Below, piece after piece: positions 26,916-39,568 of a stretch of 64,000 nucleotides of DNA (the first letter of the stretch is position 1; each line of letters opens with the position of its first letter). The stretch lies in NCBI RefSeq assembly GCF_963921235.1, contig NC_086108.1, forward strand, positions 60,512,001 to 60,576,000, given 5' to 3'. Both the position numbers and the translations under genes were made by a program. Source of the DNA: Mobula hypostoma. Taxonomy: Eukaryota. The notes under the pieces were generated by a model that had not been told where the DNA came from, did not search any database, and saw only the letters and a program-made list of their open reading frames with translations.

Positions 26916-27374
26916 CAGAACTGAGAAACAATGCTAAGAGTTAAATGAACGGCAGAGGAAAAATGATGGTGCCTCTGAAAAATCCATCACTTTTATAGAT
27001 AAGGAAAATTCCTTAGATAAACTAAACCATCAATAGTTGCACAATTATATCATGTCAGTAATATGCTTGTACTTAGCCAATGAAAAATAGGAAAGGTGAT
27101 AAACGGTTAATTTCACTTTCTGCCAGTAAGTTGGGACAAACCACCACACGTTGTGGAAAAATACGAGTTTGTTAAAAATTACAAATTTTATAAAAAGTAT
27201 TATTTTAAAAAAAGTGATTTCTAACACCATTCTTCAGTGAGCAAAACCATAAAAGGTAAAATACTGCTCTGCAATATTCTAATATATATTTTAACTTTTC
27301 TGAAAGCTTGGCATTTAAGTGTTTAAATGATGTCAGTTAGAGACTTTTGGGTCTTTTGTAGGTTTGGTTGCTGA

Positions 27375-27785
27375 TTAGGCAAAAACCATTCTGTACACAT
27401 CCAGTGGTATTTGATTGTGCAGTGATACCTTCCAATCCAAACTGGATTCTTTATGACTTCTGAACATAAAATACCATATTCCCTCTTCAAAAACACTTCT
27501 GATGCACTGCTTCAACATATCTACTGCTGAAATTGTCTTCTGTGTTTTTTGCACCATTCTCTGTAAACTCTAGAGCTGTTGTGTGTGAAAATTTCAAGAG
27601 ATCTGCAGACCACCCCATCTGGGACCAATAATCATTCCACAGTCAAAATCACTTAGATCACATTTCTTCCCCATTCTGATGTTTGGTCTGAACAGCAACT
27701 TTGCATTGAGTTGTTGCCACAAGATTGGCTGATTAGATATTTGCATTAATGACTAGCCGTGCCTAATAAAGTGGCCATTGAGTGA
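27375..27785. mobile_element. Non-autonomous Tc1-type element
   Basis: Ends CCTAATAAAGTGGCCATTGAGTG; same family as 38548-39056. Confidence 0.6.
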
Positions 27786-28419
27786 ATTTTATGCATAGAA
27801 GGTGCCACATAAATTTAGTTTAATGTCTCACGATTCATTAATGTGACTAGAGTTATTTGAAAGCATTATACCCCAGTAGCTGAAGTTGGCAAATTCGGTC
27901 ATAAAGGTGATATCTGAAATTTTTAAATTTTCTGGGAAAGAGGTTTTTTAATGTTTTGAGATGATCATTATTTGTTTCAGACAGCTTATTACTACTTTTG
28001 CTAATTTGTAAGTAGATCAGTGTTTTGTTTGGCAAGTTACTGATTTCTATAGTTATATCCAATATTCAGAAATGATAACCAAGAAGAGTCTTGTTTAGGC
28101 CTTGTAACTAATTCTTGTCTTGTGGGGCTCATGTAGATTTTGCAATTATGAATTGGGATATTATTGTCCATTAAAATCTATTCTTGAAGCTTCTAATAAT
28201 AATTTTTTGTAAAGTTAAAACAATTATCCTGATCTAAAAGCAAAAAATACATTTTTTATATTTGTTGGTTCACCATTTGCAAATCTGAGCAGAATTACCA
28301 GCATTTGTCCTGTGATATTTAGAACCTATAGTATAGCTATTAAGTGTTTTAATGTGCAGATTATCTACTGCAACAATCTAAAATTTCATTTTGTTTTAAA
28401 TTGTCAATTTGTTTCTTAG

Positions 28420-28451
28420 ATATTCTGAAGGATACCATCAACCCATATAAT
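28420..28451 (+). CDS. CZIB: CZIB exon 5
   Basis: tag|(D)ILKDTINPYN|gtaagt; 32 bp, phase fits. Confidence 0.9.
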
Positions 28452-28638
28452 GTAAGTGGGCCTTTGACTATACATATGGTTTTCTGAAACTATGTTGTAG
28501 CTTATTTATGTTCAAGCAAAACATGTATCTTTTGTTCTTCGTGAAACAACTATTGAATTATGCTTCTGCTTGTATGTATTTGCATAGAGAATTATTTTAT
28601 AAATACAGCGTTAATCAGGTTGTAATTTTATACAAAAG

Positions 28639-28716
28639 GCTGAAGACAGTGAAAAGTTTAAGACAATTGTACAATTCGAATGTCGAGGATTGGAACCAGT
28701 TGATTTTCAGCCACAG
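28639..28716 (+). CDS. CZIB: CZIB exon 6
   Basis: aag|[26 protein letters not shown]|gtaaag. Confidence 0.95.
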
Positions 28717-29722
28717 GTAAAGAAAAACCTTACTATAATATGCTAGATTCCCTAAACCAACTGACAGAGATATTCTCAGGTTCATAGTCAGTTTGTTTGA
28801 CCCTTTTCCTCTGATTTCACTACACTCATTTTCTCCAAACCATTCCTGTATATAAGCTCTCCTATTCATATGCCTACACATAACTTTGAATTTGTCATTT
28901 CCCCTTGCTGTCCTGACTTCTATTTACTCATTTGCTTATCATCCATTTTCTGTGCTCTCTCTTAATCCAGTATCCAGGGAAGTAATGCTTTCTGACCATC
29001 TGCTACAATTTAAAACTACGCAATTCAAACTTCAATTTGCCACCAATGTTGTTGAGCTATAGGCTTGCAGCAGATGCAAGGAATTCAACATTTGAGAAGT
29101 AGCCACTTGATCTTGCAATCTGCCAATTCATTTGTAGATACGTATAGTTGCAAGAAAGTTTGAAAACCTGTTGCATTTTACCTGGTCTTCTGCATTACTC
29201 ATAAAATGTGTTGTGATATTCAACTTAGGCACAATTATAGACAAAGACAATCTGCCTGAACTAATAACACACAAACAATTGTACTGCTTCTCATCAATAC
29301 TGAGTACATCATTTAAACAATCACAGTCTAAGTTCAAAAAAGTATGTGAACTTCTGGGGTAATGCCTTCTACAAGAGCTGTTTGGAGTCAAGTGTTCCAA
29401 TCAATGAGTTCAAACTGGTGGTGTGGGTTGTAGAGGTGCCCTTTATTAAGACACATAAAGTCAGGTTACTGACAGAGCCTGCACTTCTCAAGCAAGGTCT
29501 CTTTATGTGCACCATGCCTTGATCAAAATAACTTTCAGAGGACCTTAGAAGAATTATAGAGAAGCATGTAGCTGTAAAAGGCTACAAAAGCATTTCTAAA
29601 GACCTGAGTGTTCCATCAGTCCAGGGTAAGAGAAATTGTCTACAAATGGAGAAAATTCAGTACTGTTGCTACTTTCCCTAGAGTGGGTATCCTGCAAAGA
29701 TCACACCAAGAACACAATGTGC

Positions 29723-30857
29723 TCAGATGAACAGATGCTGGTGAGTTTTTACCGCTGCACCATAGAGAGCATCTTAACGTACTGCATCTCTGTGTGGTAT
29801 CTCAGTTGTACAGCAGCTGATAAGGAAAGCACTTCAGCAGGTCGTCTCTAGCGCACAGAAGATCATCGAGACACATCCCAGCCCAGGAGGACACCTACAG
29901 CTCATGCTGCCTAAGGAAAGCTACAAGCATCTGTAAGGACAATACACACTCATGGAATCATCTGTTTGAACAACTTCTATCTGGCAGATGTTATAAGATT
30001 TTCTATGCCCGCACTTCCAGACTGAAAAATAGCTTTTTCCGCAGAGCTGTAATTGCTCTGAACCAATTGATCAAGCATCATCCATAAATTTGTTATATTG
30101 CTACTTTCAATGGTTGGTTGGTTGGGTTGTTCGTCCATCGTTGACATCGATGAGGACCTCGACACCATTATGGTGGTGTCGAGACTAGCGCGTGATTTGG
30201 ATTTAAGTGAGGGAGAGTTACGCAGTGTCAGCCTCACTCTCTCTTCCCAATTCCCATCTGGATCCAGTGGCAAGACAAGATTCTAGATGGCTGGAGATGG
30301 GACTAGGCGCGGTGGATGACCAGGACGTCTTCTGTGTCTTGTCCTGCTCTACACGTTCCACGACGCTTGCAGACGCCTTCTTGACCGTTGGACCTTCCAT
30401 AGGTCTCGTCCGCTCAATCCGCCAGAGTCTGTCTTCACATGCTGGGATAGACAACTCCCTATCTCACCGAGGGTTTGAGACCCGTCGGCTACCCTCACCT
30501 GGTTTAGTCGGCTTGTCGAAGCCGTTGCCCGGGGTGTGGCCGCTGTCGCATGCAAACAGCTATGGGGAGCCACAGGTGAGAGCTGAGTGCCAGGTGGGGA
30601 CCAAAGGTGGACTAACCGCCCTGAAAAGGACGCAACATGTTCCCCCACCGCTACTTTCAATACTGCTTTTATGACTGTTATGCATGTGAGTTGCGCTTTT
30701 GTACAGCTGGACATTGCTTGTACTGGCTGGTTACTTGATTTTATTTATTGTTTATTTATTTGTTGTTTTATAGCATTGAGTACAACAGTTGCAAACTCAT
30801 TTTTGCTGTATTGTACTATGAAATGACAATAAAGGTATTTCATTTCATTTCATTTCA
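29723..30857 (+). mobile_element. Rex1/Babar-like 3' fragment nested in Tc1
   Basis: FYRCTIESILTYCISVWY; AATAAA + (ATTTC)n tail; Tc1 sequence resumes in register after it. Confidence 0.8.
30112..30649 (-). mobile_element. Young RTE-type SINE / non-autonomous element
   Basis: 12-bp TSD GCTACTTTCAAT (30100-30111, 30650-30661), (CCAA)n tail, CpG-rich. Confidence 0.8.
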
Positions 30858-32708
30858 ATGCTGAAGGAGACGAAAAAGGACCCAAGGGTAACAGCAAAAG
30901 ACCTGCAGAAATCTCTAGAACTTGCTAGTCTCTGTTCATACGTCCACTATAAGAAAAACACTGAACAAGAATGGTGTTCATAGAAGGACACGATTGAGGA
31001 TGAGGAGGAGGAGGAAACTACTGCTCTCCAAAAAAAAAAATTGCTGCTTGTCTCAAGTTTGCAAAAGACTTGAATGTTCCACAATGCCTCTGGGACAACG
31101 TTCTGTGAACAGTTGAGACAAAAGTTGAACTTTCTGGCAGAAATGCACATCACTATGTTTGGAGGGAAAAGGGCACTGCACACCAACACAAAACCTCATC
31201 CCAACTGTGAAGCATGCTGGAAGGAACATCATGGTTTGGGGTTGCTGTGCTGCCTTAGGGCCTGGACAGCTTGCAATTGTTGAGGGAACTATGAATTCAA
31301 AATATGTATCAAGACATTTTACAGAAGAATGTCAGTGGTGGTCTGTCACCGAAGCTTAATTGAGGTTGGATGATGCAACAAGACGACGATCTGAAAGACA
31401 AGAGTAAATCAACAACAGATCGTTCAAAACAGTAAAAAAAAATTGTGTTTTAGAATGGCCTAGTCAGAGTCCAGACCTTAACTCAATTGAGATGCTGTGC
31501 CATGATCTGAAGAGGGTTGTTCAAGTAAGGCGTTCCAGAAATATTGATGAACTGAAAGTTTTGTATGGAGGAATAGTCTTAAAATTCCTCCTTGTTATTG
31601 TGCAAGTCTGATCAGCAGCTACAGGAAAAGTTTGGTGGAGGTTATTGCTGGTAAAAGAGGTTCTACCAGTTATTAAATGAACGAGTTCACATACTTCTCC
31701 GAGCTTGGACTGTGAATGATTAAACAATGTGTTCAATAAAGACATGAAAAGTACAATTGTTTGTGTGTTATTAGTTTAGGCAGATTGTGTTTCTCTGTTA
31801 TTGTGACTTAGTTGAAGATCAGACCACATTTTATGAGTAATTAATGCACAAAACCAGGTAATTGCAAAAGGTTCACAGAATTTTTCTTGCAACTGTGTAT
31901 ACAGTGCATAATGGTACAGGTAAGCATGACTACTAACTACATTGACCTAGTGATACCAAAATATTGTCTTAACTGCAGATTAAAAAATACTGTTTTACAT
32001 TGCAGTGCCATTCTGCTAATTGTGATAGATTCAGAACTAGTTTAGCAGCCCAAAGTAGGCCAGTCATAAGTGCTGTGAGGTGTCCTAAACTTGGAACTGT
32101 ACTCCACCACAACCAGTACTTGATTGCTGAAGGGAGTTTAGATGGTTGTAAAATTACCATGATTGGTGGAGAGAAAACTAGGCAATTACAGAAGGAACAA
32201 TTTCTTTGGAATTCTGAAAGGGGAGGGAAAGAACTATCTGGTATTAGAATCTGGTTGAAGGTGGCAATTCATCCTACTCAACCCCCTCTGTCCACCCACT
32301 CCATCTGAAATTCATATTACCTGGTTTTCTCACTTTGACATTTCTGGTGAAGTCTTTGACACGTTGATTGTTGCTCTTTTCACAGATCCTGGATTTCTTA
32401 ATGAAGGACTGGCAAAATTTATGACTTGTCATTTTTAAAAAATTAATTGTTTTGCCACTCTAGATTTAGTGCTGGGTATTGATATTTCACTAGGAATTAT
32501 TTTAAGACTTAGTTGTTTGTTTTGTTCACATAGATCCCTTTTAGAGAACAATAATAAAAACCTTGGTAATCACATCCCATCACAAGATCCCACTGCTGCT
32601 TTTGTGCAAATGGAACTAAGAATAGTTGGTGCTGTGGACTGCAAAATGATATCCATGAAATAACTGAATTTTTAAACAAGTTTTTGTTGTGGTATTTTCT
32701 GGATCTAG

Positions 32709-32774
32709 GCTGGATTTACTGCAGAAGGAACAGAGTCTGGAACACAATTTGATGAAATTAATCTGCTAGAAAAG
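32709..32774 (+). CDS. CZIB: CZIB exon 7
   Basis: tag|AGFTAEGTESGTQFDEINLLEK|gtgagc. Confidence 0.93.
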
Positions 32775-33049
32775 GTGAGCTTGCATTCAGAGGGGTCATA
32801 ACTAGACTGCAGTGGGACTGTGTAGTGATCTGAATTGTTGTAACACCTAATGTCAAATTAGGTTCAGAAGTGAAAATAACATTAACATGTTATTTTTTTC
32901 CTCTTTTAAATCTCCAAATATAATTAAAATCAAAGATTAAAAATAGACACTCATTTCTGTCAGTTAGTCCAATTAATCATAAGTGTATTTGTACTATCTC
33001 AACTGTGACAATCAGCTAGTAAAGAATAATTATCCAATGAGGCCTATGC

Positions 33050-34405
33050 CAACCTTGTGGTGATGAGGTATGAAATGCTTTGAGGTTGGTCATGACTAGA
33101 CCGAACTCCTGCCCCAGCAAGGACCTGGACCCATTGCAATTTGCCTATCATATATATTTTATATATATAAAAAAATATATATAACCTATAATAGGTCAAT
33201 GGCAGATGCAATCTCAATGGCTGTCCACGCAGCTTTAGACCACTTGAACAACACAAACACTTATGTCAGGACGCTGTTCATCAACTATAGCTCAGCATTT
33301 AATACCATCATTCCCACAATCCTGATTGATAAGTTGCAGAACCTGGGCCTCTGTACCTCCCTCAGCAATTGGATCCTCGACTTCCTAACCGGAAAACCAC
33401 AGTCTCTGCGGATTGGTGATAATATCTCCTCCTCACTGACGATTATCACTGGTGCACCTCAGGTGTGTGCTTAGCCCACTGCTCTACTCTCTCTAAACCC
33501 ATGACTGTGTGGCTAGGCATAGCTCAAATACCATCTATAAATCTGCTGACGATACAACCATTGTTGATAGAATCTCAGGTGGTGACGAGAAGGCGTACAG
33601 GAGTGAGATATGCCAACTAGTGGAATGGTGCTGGAGCAACAACCTACCACTCAATGTGAGTAAGGCAAAAGAGCTGATTGTGGACTTCAGGAAGGGTAAG
33701 ATGAAGGAACACATTACCAATCCTCAGCGGGATCAGATGTGGAGAGAGTGAGCAGTTTCAAGTTCCTGGGTGTCAAGATCTCTCAGGATCTAACCTGCTC
33801 CCAACATATTGATGCAGTTATACAGAAGGCAAGACAGTGGTGATACTTTATTAGGAGTTTGAAGAGATTTGGTATGTCAACAAATACATTCAAAAACTTT
33901 TGTAGATGTACGATGGAGAGCATTCTGATAGGCTGCATCACTGCTACTGCACAGAATGGAAAGAAGCTGCAGAGGGTTGTAAATCTAGTCAGCTCCATCT
34001 TGGGTACTAAGCTACAAAGCACCCAGGACATCTTCAAGGAGCAGTGTCTCAGGAAGGCAGTGTCCTTTATTAAGGACCTCCAGCACCCAGGGCATGCCCT
34101 TTTCTCACTGTTACATCAGGTAGGAGATACAGAAGCCTGAAGGAACACACTCAGCAATTTAGGAACAGCTTCTTCCCCTCTGCCATCCGATTCCTAAATG
34201 GACATTGAACCCTTGGACACTACCTCATTTTTTAAAAAAATATGTATTTTTTTGCACAATTTTTAATCTGTTCAATATCTGTATACTGTATAAAGTATAC
34301 TGAATAAGATTTACTTACTATTTTTTCTTCTATGTATTGCATTGAACAGCTGCTGCTAAGTTAACTAATTTCACGTCAGATGCCAGTGATAATAAACCTA
34401 ATTCT
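33050..34405 (+). mobile_element. Rex1/Babar-like LINE RT fragment
   Basis: [34 protein letters not shown]. Confidence 0.85.
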
Positions 34406-35498
34406 GAAATTCTCACACTTTTGCTCAAACTTTTGAAATAACATAGAACCAAAGTCATCAGTCATTTAAACTCAGTTAAATGTAAATTGATACTTGGAAG
34501 CAATTTATTTAAATAAGGAAAGGCAAAAACTACCAGTTATTAATAATTCTTTAACCTGACCACTACAAAAGCAAAAAAATCAAATGATGGAAAGAATAAC
34601 ATTTCAGAACAGTGAATTTTTATTAGAACTGTTCTGGGTGAAAACATTTCACCTGAAACAATGTTTATTTATTGACAGGTGCTGCCTGTGTATTTTCTAT
34701 ATTTTTCATTGCTATCTTAAAGCAAACTCGCTTCATTGCTCAACCATATGAGTTGAGGAACACCAAGCAGTATATCATTCCTATTTGAATTCTGGAAAAT
34801 GAAGATGGTTCTAATACAGGTCCATGAATTTTGTGTTTCTTTGTACTGAAACAGAAAATAAATTGCACATTGCTGATGTTTAAACTCAAATCAGTGAGAC
34901 TTTCAACAAACTCACCTTTGAATGAATCAGATAAGAGCTCTTAGTACACCCTTCTTAACCAATTTAGTATTAATTTTCCAGAATTCCAAGAAGGAAAAAC
35001 TATTGCATCCACATAAGTTTCAATGGTAATACTGAAAACCAACTGACCTTCTGTCCTAAAAGCTATTGGGAGTTATTAATATTTTGTTAAACAGTTCCTC
35101 AGAACTAATTTTGCCAAAATACCCTGGGATATTTTGGAGTGAATGCTCTGAATACACTACAGTGTTCTTTGGTTGCATTTAGTTCACTGTTTTTCAGTAA
35201 TGATATCAGTGAAGACAAGCTCCCAACTAGTATGATTTTAGTGTGCCTATCCTTGTCAAGCTGTTGCCTTGTTCTAACATGGTTTTTGGTTGTTTAGCAG
35301 TAGAAAAATTAACAAAACAAACATTCAATTCTTAATTTTAATGCAGAAACAAAACTGTTACAAGGATTTCTGGAGATGGCCACCAAGCAAAGGACTCAGA
35401 ACCTTCTGCTATATGAGAGGTGTTGTCACTGGTAAAGTGGAGCCGAAGTGCAATAACTTACTCTACAAATGCTAATGTAATGTTTTCCTTTTGTTTAG

Positions 35499-35576
35499 GA
35501 CTGGAATGATTATGATGAGAAAATCCAAGAGTCAGTGGGAATCTATGATGTTACTCACAAGTTTGTTAAGATATGA
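35499..35576 (+). CDS. CZIB: CZIB last coding exon
   Basis: tag|DWNDYDEKIQESVGIYDVTHKFVKI then TGA; total CDS 483 bp = 160 aa. Confidence 0.95.
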   Translation, partial: DWNDYDEKIQESVGIYDVTHKFVKI

Positions 35577-35843
35577 ATTTCACTGCAACTGATATTTGAC
35601 GCCCTTCTACTTAAATGGACAAGTCCCAGGATCAGCTAAACAGCTCCTTCCCACGTGCGATTTGTTTGTCATTGCAATGGAGTTGCATCATGTATCACGG
35701 TCAAACAATTGTTTATATTAAAATTACCAAGACTAACCGTTATTTGAGATTTTTTTTATTCTTAGCATTTTAATACCACTACAGCAAACTGAATATTTAG
35801 TTTGAAAGAACATAAATGCAAAATACTCAGTAGTGGAGATAAA

Positions 35844-35849
35844 AATAAA
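35844..35849 (+). terminator. Probable CZIB poly(A) signal
   Basis: First + strand AATAAA after the CZIB stop. Confidence 0.55.
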
Positions 35850-35869
35850 TTACATTTTAAATACGTTAA

Positions 35870-35875
35870 TTTATT
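35870..35875 (-). terminator. Candidate CPT2 poly(A) signal
   Basis: TTTATT on +; first canonical AATAAA I found on - after the CPT2 stop (ATTAAA variants occur earlier). Confidence 0.4.
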
Positions 35876-37642
35876 ATTGAAGCTGCAAAGGTACATCAAC
35901 GTGAGGTTGTCATTCACAAGTTTGCTCTTTGTTTCATCTTGGTTTGCAGGGCCCTAATTGTATTTTAATTGATACTAACACAACCAACTTCAAGTGCTTA
36001 GTTTATGACTGACTTTTTGATTTAAATATAAATGAACACAATATAAAGCGCCTAGAAATTGCCTTGAGTTTGCATAATTAAAAACATCACTTCAATTTTA
36101 ATTCATACAAGGCAAGTCTTTCTGAATTGTTTTTCTGAAACATTACATAGAATGTGTAATGAGGATTAATCTTTGTGTAATCATCATTAAATAAATGTTA
36201 CAAAATGTTTGAAAAAGGAGGCATTTTGAATGTAGACTTATCAAACTGACAAGGAAAAACAAGCAAAATTAAGTGTAGTTGCTTAGCTTGGAGTGGACTG
36301 GTGAGAGGATCAGCTCTTAAAGATTTAGGTTGGTCAGCAAGTTACAAAATAATCTTGTCCAGTAAATATCAATTGCTTAAATTGAAATAATGCTTCTAAT
36401 TAAGCAAACTCAATGTGATCTGGAGGCGCTTTTAATCTGGAAATTAACGAACAATATGGAGTCCCAATCAAATCTGGGCCATTTCCTAATGATTCTTAGT
36501 AGATGTTTTAAAACGGATATGCAGAATTCTCAGTTAAACTAATTTCCTAATTTCTATTGCATGTGATTCCATCACTATCTTCATATAGCACATAAATGTC
36601 TTGATCAAAAGATAAATTTAAAATAAATTGCAAGCAGTTTAATAAAACATTTAAGAATTACTTAATAAGCTAATTAATGCACATTGGTGTTCCTCTTTAG
36701 TTCATCAAGATTTGGATCAGGATTTAAATACAGTATAATGGAAGAAAAGTATCCACCAGTAGCTTGATGATATTTTCAGTTTCATAATAGTAAAACAATG
36801 ACATCTATTGACGTATCAAGGAGCAGATTGTGGTGGTAAAGGAAGGCACATAACAAACCTAATTAAAAACGGGGTGTCCCTGAGTTACGGGCAATCAATT
36901 TATGGATACCTGTACATACTAGCAAGCTCCCATAATGTTAAAGTCCAATGGGTGTGCGAATATTCCCCCCTCCTTTTCTTTCTCCCTCCCTCCCTCCTTC
37001 CACTTTGGTAATTGATCTTTCTTATCAGTCCTATATGCTTTTGATGCTATAGTATAATACCACAGAGATGTATTTTACCTTAGAGTGATTTTATATTTGC
37101 TAACTTAAAAACAAAATCAACATATGAACACTTGTAAAAGTGGAACCTGCTTGTTACCTAGCGATGGTCTGCACATGATCAAGGTTAGCTGTGATGATGT
37201 TAGAGTGTACCTAACATTTCCATTATACTGTGTGAATGTCAAGTATGTCCAAGTCAGAGGTAGCACAGTTGAACACATATTAAAGTTCTCTAGTGATATA
37301 CCTCAACTCCGGCTACAGAAGAGTATACTGGAGTTGTATTTCAGTAATTTGTAGCTCTTCGATTAAGAATGTCAAGTTTGCGTTTTGAGTCCCATAAACA
37401 TATCACAGTTGATATTGGAAAGCAGTTGTATCTAACTAATCTGGTTTGCTTTCACCTGGATTAGAGGACTGAACTATCAATGTCTAACCAACATTAGCAT
37501 CCAAAACCTCAACAATTAAGAATGATTTTAATTCTTTCTAATGTGCTGATTAAGGGATAACATTAAAGTATAACATTTTAGGGCCTTAAGTTCAGTAGCT
37601 GTGGGATAACATCAATTCCCTCTCTACTTCAGTTTCTGTAAC

Positions 37643-37974
37643 TCAGCCGCTGATGGGTTGCCCTTCCAATATGTGAAAAATATCATCCAGACTTTTGCAT
37701 ACACACTTAATGAATTCCTTAGCATCTCGAGCAGGATAGCTGGAAATATTGTAACCCATCCAGTTATCATGAACACTATATCCAACTCCAAAACCATCAG
37801 GAACAACAGGTGCAAAGCCTCCCAACTGGACAGCCGAACTGGTTAGAGTGCTGGTGGAAAGAATGTTGTGGTTAATTTTAATATATGATGGATCTTGGAA
37901 TAGTTCTGGCAAAGGCATTCCTTTAGATTTTGCCAGGTAACGCAAGGCAAATAAATGGCGGTCAAATCCCTGAG
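37643..37974 (-). CDS. CPT2: Carnitine O-palmitoyltransferase 2, exon 5 (last)
   Basis: cacag|(A)[18 protein letters not shown]...[27 protein letters not shown]...EGQPISG then TGA; 332 bp. Confidence 0.96.
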
Positions 37975-38547
37975 CTGTGATAAAAAAAACAAAAAAAAAA
38001 TTAGTGACCTATGTCAGAAAGACCCTTTTAAAAGTCTGCTTGATAGAACATAAAATAAAAACTGCAGAAGGTAGCAATCTGAAAATACTCAGCTGGTCAG
38101 CCAGCTTCTGTGGAGAGAGAAAATTTATTAATATAAAGGTTGATTATCTTTCATGCCATCTCTTTAAGTGTTACTGAGTATTTCCAGCATTCCTTTTATT
38201 TTTATAATAAATTTAAAACATACAGTTTGTCATGATGCAAGATTGTAGCTGGGCTTTATTTAGTAAATGCAGCACAGTTTTAGTCCATGATGCAGTAGTG
38301 GGTGATGATGTAGCTTTGGAAAAAGCTCAAAGGCCACAAGAATAATTCTCGTTTTAAAATACCAGTCACACATTCCTCTTGTAGACCCAAAGAATAGAGA
38401 AGCCTGCAGGAGATGTTCAGCTGCACAGTAGACCTGATTCACCCCGTACTCTTGAAGCTATGATGCATGCCTGCAAACTACCAGTTTTATTAAATAAACA
38501 TATTGGAGCAAAATAGGCTGAATTACTGTATTAATAGCTCATATGCT

Positions 38548-39056
38548 CTCAATGGCCACTTTATTAGGTACTTCCTAATGAGTGCATGTTCATAGTTCTG
38601 CTGCTCCTGTAGCTGTAGCTCATCTGCTTCAAGATTCGACATGTGTGTTCAGAGCTGCTCTTCTGCACACCACTGTTGTAAAGTCTAGTTAATAGAGTTA
38701 CTGTCAGCTTCAACCAGTCTGGCCATTCTCCTTTGACCTCTCTCATTAACCAGGTGTTTTCACTCACAGAACAGCTGTTCAGTGGATGGTTTTTGTTTTT
38801 GATATTGTTCTCTGCAACTAGAGACTGCTGTGTGAGAAAATTCAATGGAAATTGCACGCCGGGCACTAACAATCATTACACAGTCAAAGTCACTTGGATC
38901 ACATTTCTTCCCCATTTTGATGTTTGGTATGAACAACTGAACCTCTTGACCATGTCTGCATGCTTTTATGCATTGAGTTTCTGGTACATGACTGGATAAT
39001 CAGATGTTCGTATTAAAGAGGTATACAGGTTTGCCTAATAAAGTAGCCACTGAGTG
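38548..39056. mobile_element. Non-autonomous Tc1-type element
   Basis: TIRs CTCAATGGCCACTTTATTAGG / CCTAATAAAGTAGCCACTGAG. Confidence 0.75.
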
Positions 39057-39568
39057 TCCTTTTTGAAAATTGGCTAATTTCCTAGCAGAATATCTTAAGA
39101 TTAGCTGGAAGGACATCAAGAGGCACCAGGGTCATACCTATTACTTAAGAAGTATCACTTATTGAGGGGAGGCTCCAAGACTGCTGGTTAGATGAAAATT
39201 TCTGACTGGAACTAAATTAATATTCCACCATTTTTTGTACTTTGAGCACATAGTTCTAACTTAATTATAAACATTACAACGTAATTGTAGATAACCGAAT
39301 AGCTGAACTAAGGAAAGCAAAGCAAGCACACTGCTTTTCTGCTTTTCAGAGTACACAGCCATGTGTACTCTGGTAAAAAAAAATATGAATAACCAGAAAA
39401 ATCTAATGGGCTAAGAAATCTGACTTGCTACAGCATGATTCAAATGGACATTAGTTGCAGGAGACTAGGTTCATATGTAATGTTGATAGCCGAAGGCTGC
39501 CTGTGGCGTTAAAGGTTGTAAAAACAAAACATTTCAATATCTATCTAAGTAAGCAAATTTGAACTTAC

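Larger units (their letters stand above)
29145..31895 (+). mobile_element. Tc1-like IR/DR transposon with long TIRs, interrupted by nested retroelements
   Basis: ~200-bp inverted termini (AGTTGCAAGAAA...); transposase remnants VSVHTSTIRKTL, TVKHAGRNIMVWGC, WPSQSPDLN. Confidence 0.88.

Noticed and set aside
37965-37976. Alternative acceptor (CTCAG) that would avoid the Ala at the exon 4/5 junction
   Set aside because: It lies 5 nt downstream and would shift the frame
39347-39372. Perfect 11-bp hairpin CAGAGTACACA-GCCA-TGTGTACTCTG in CPT2 intron 4
   Set aside because: Too short for a miRNA or snoRNA, no supporting motifs; plausible by chance or local strand switch
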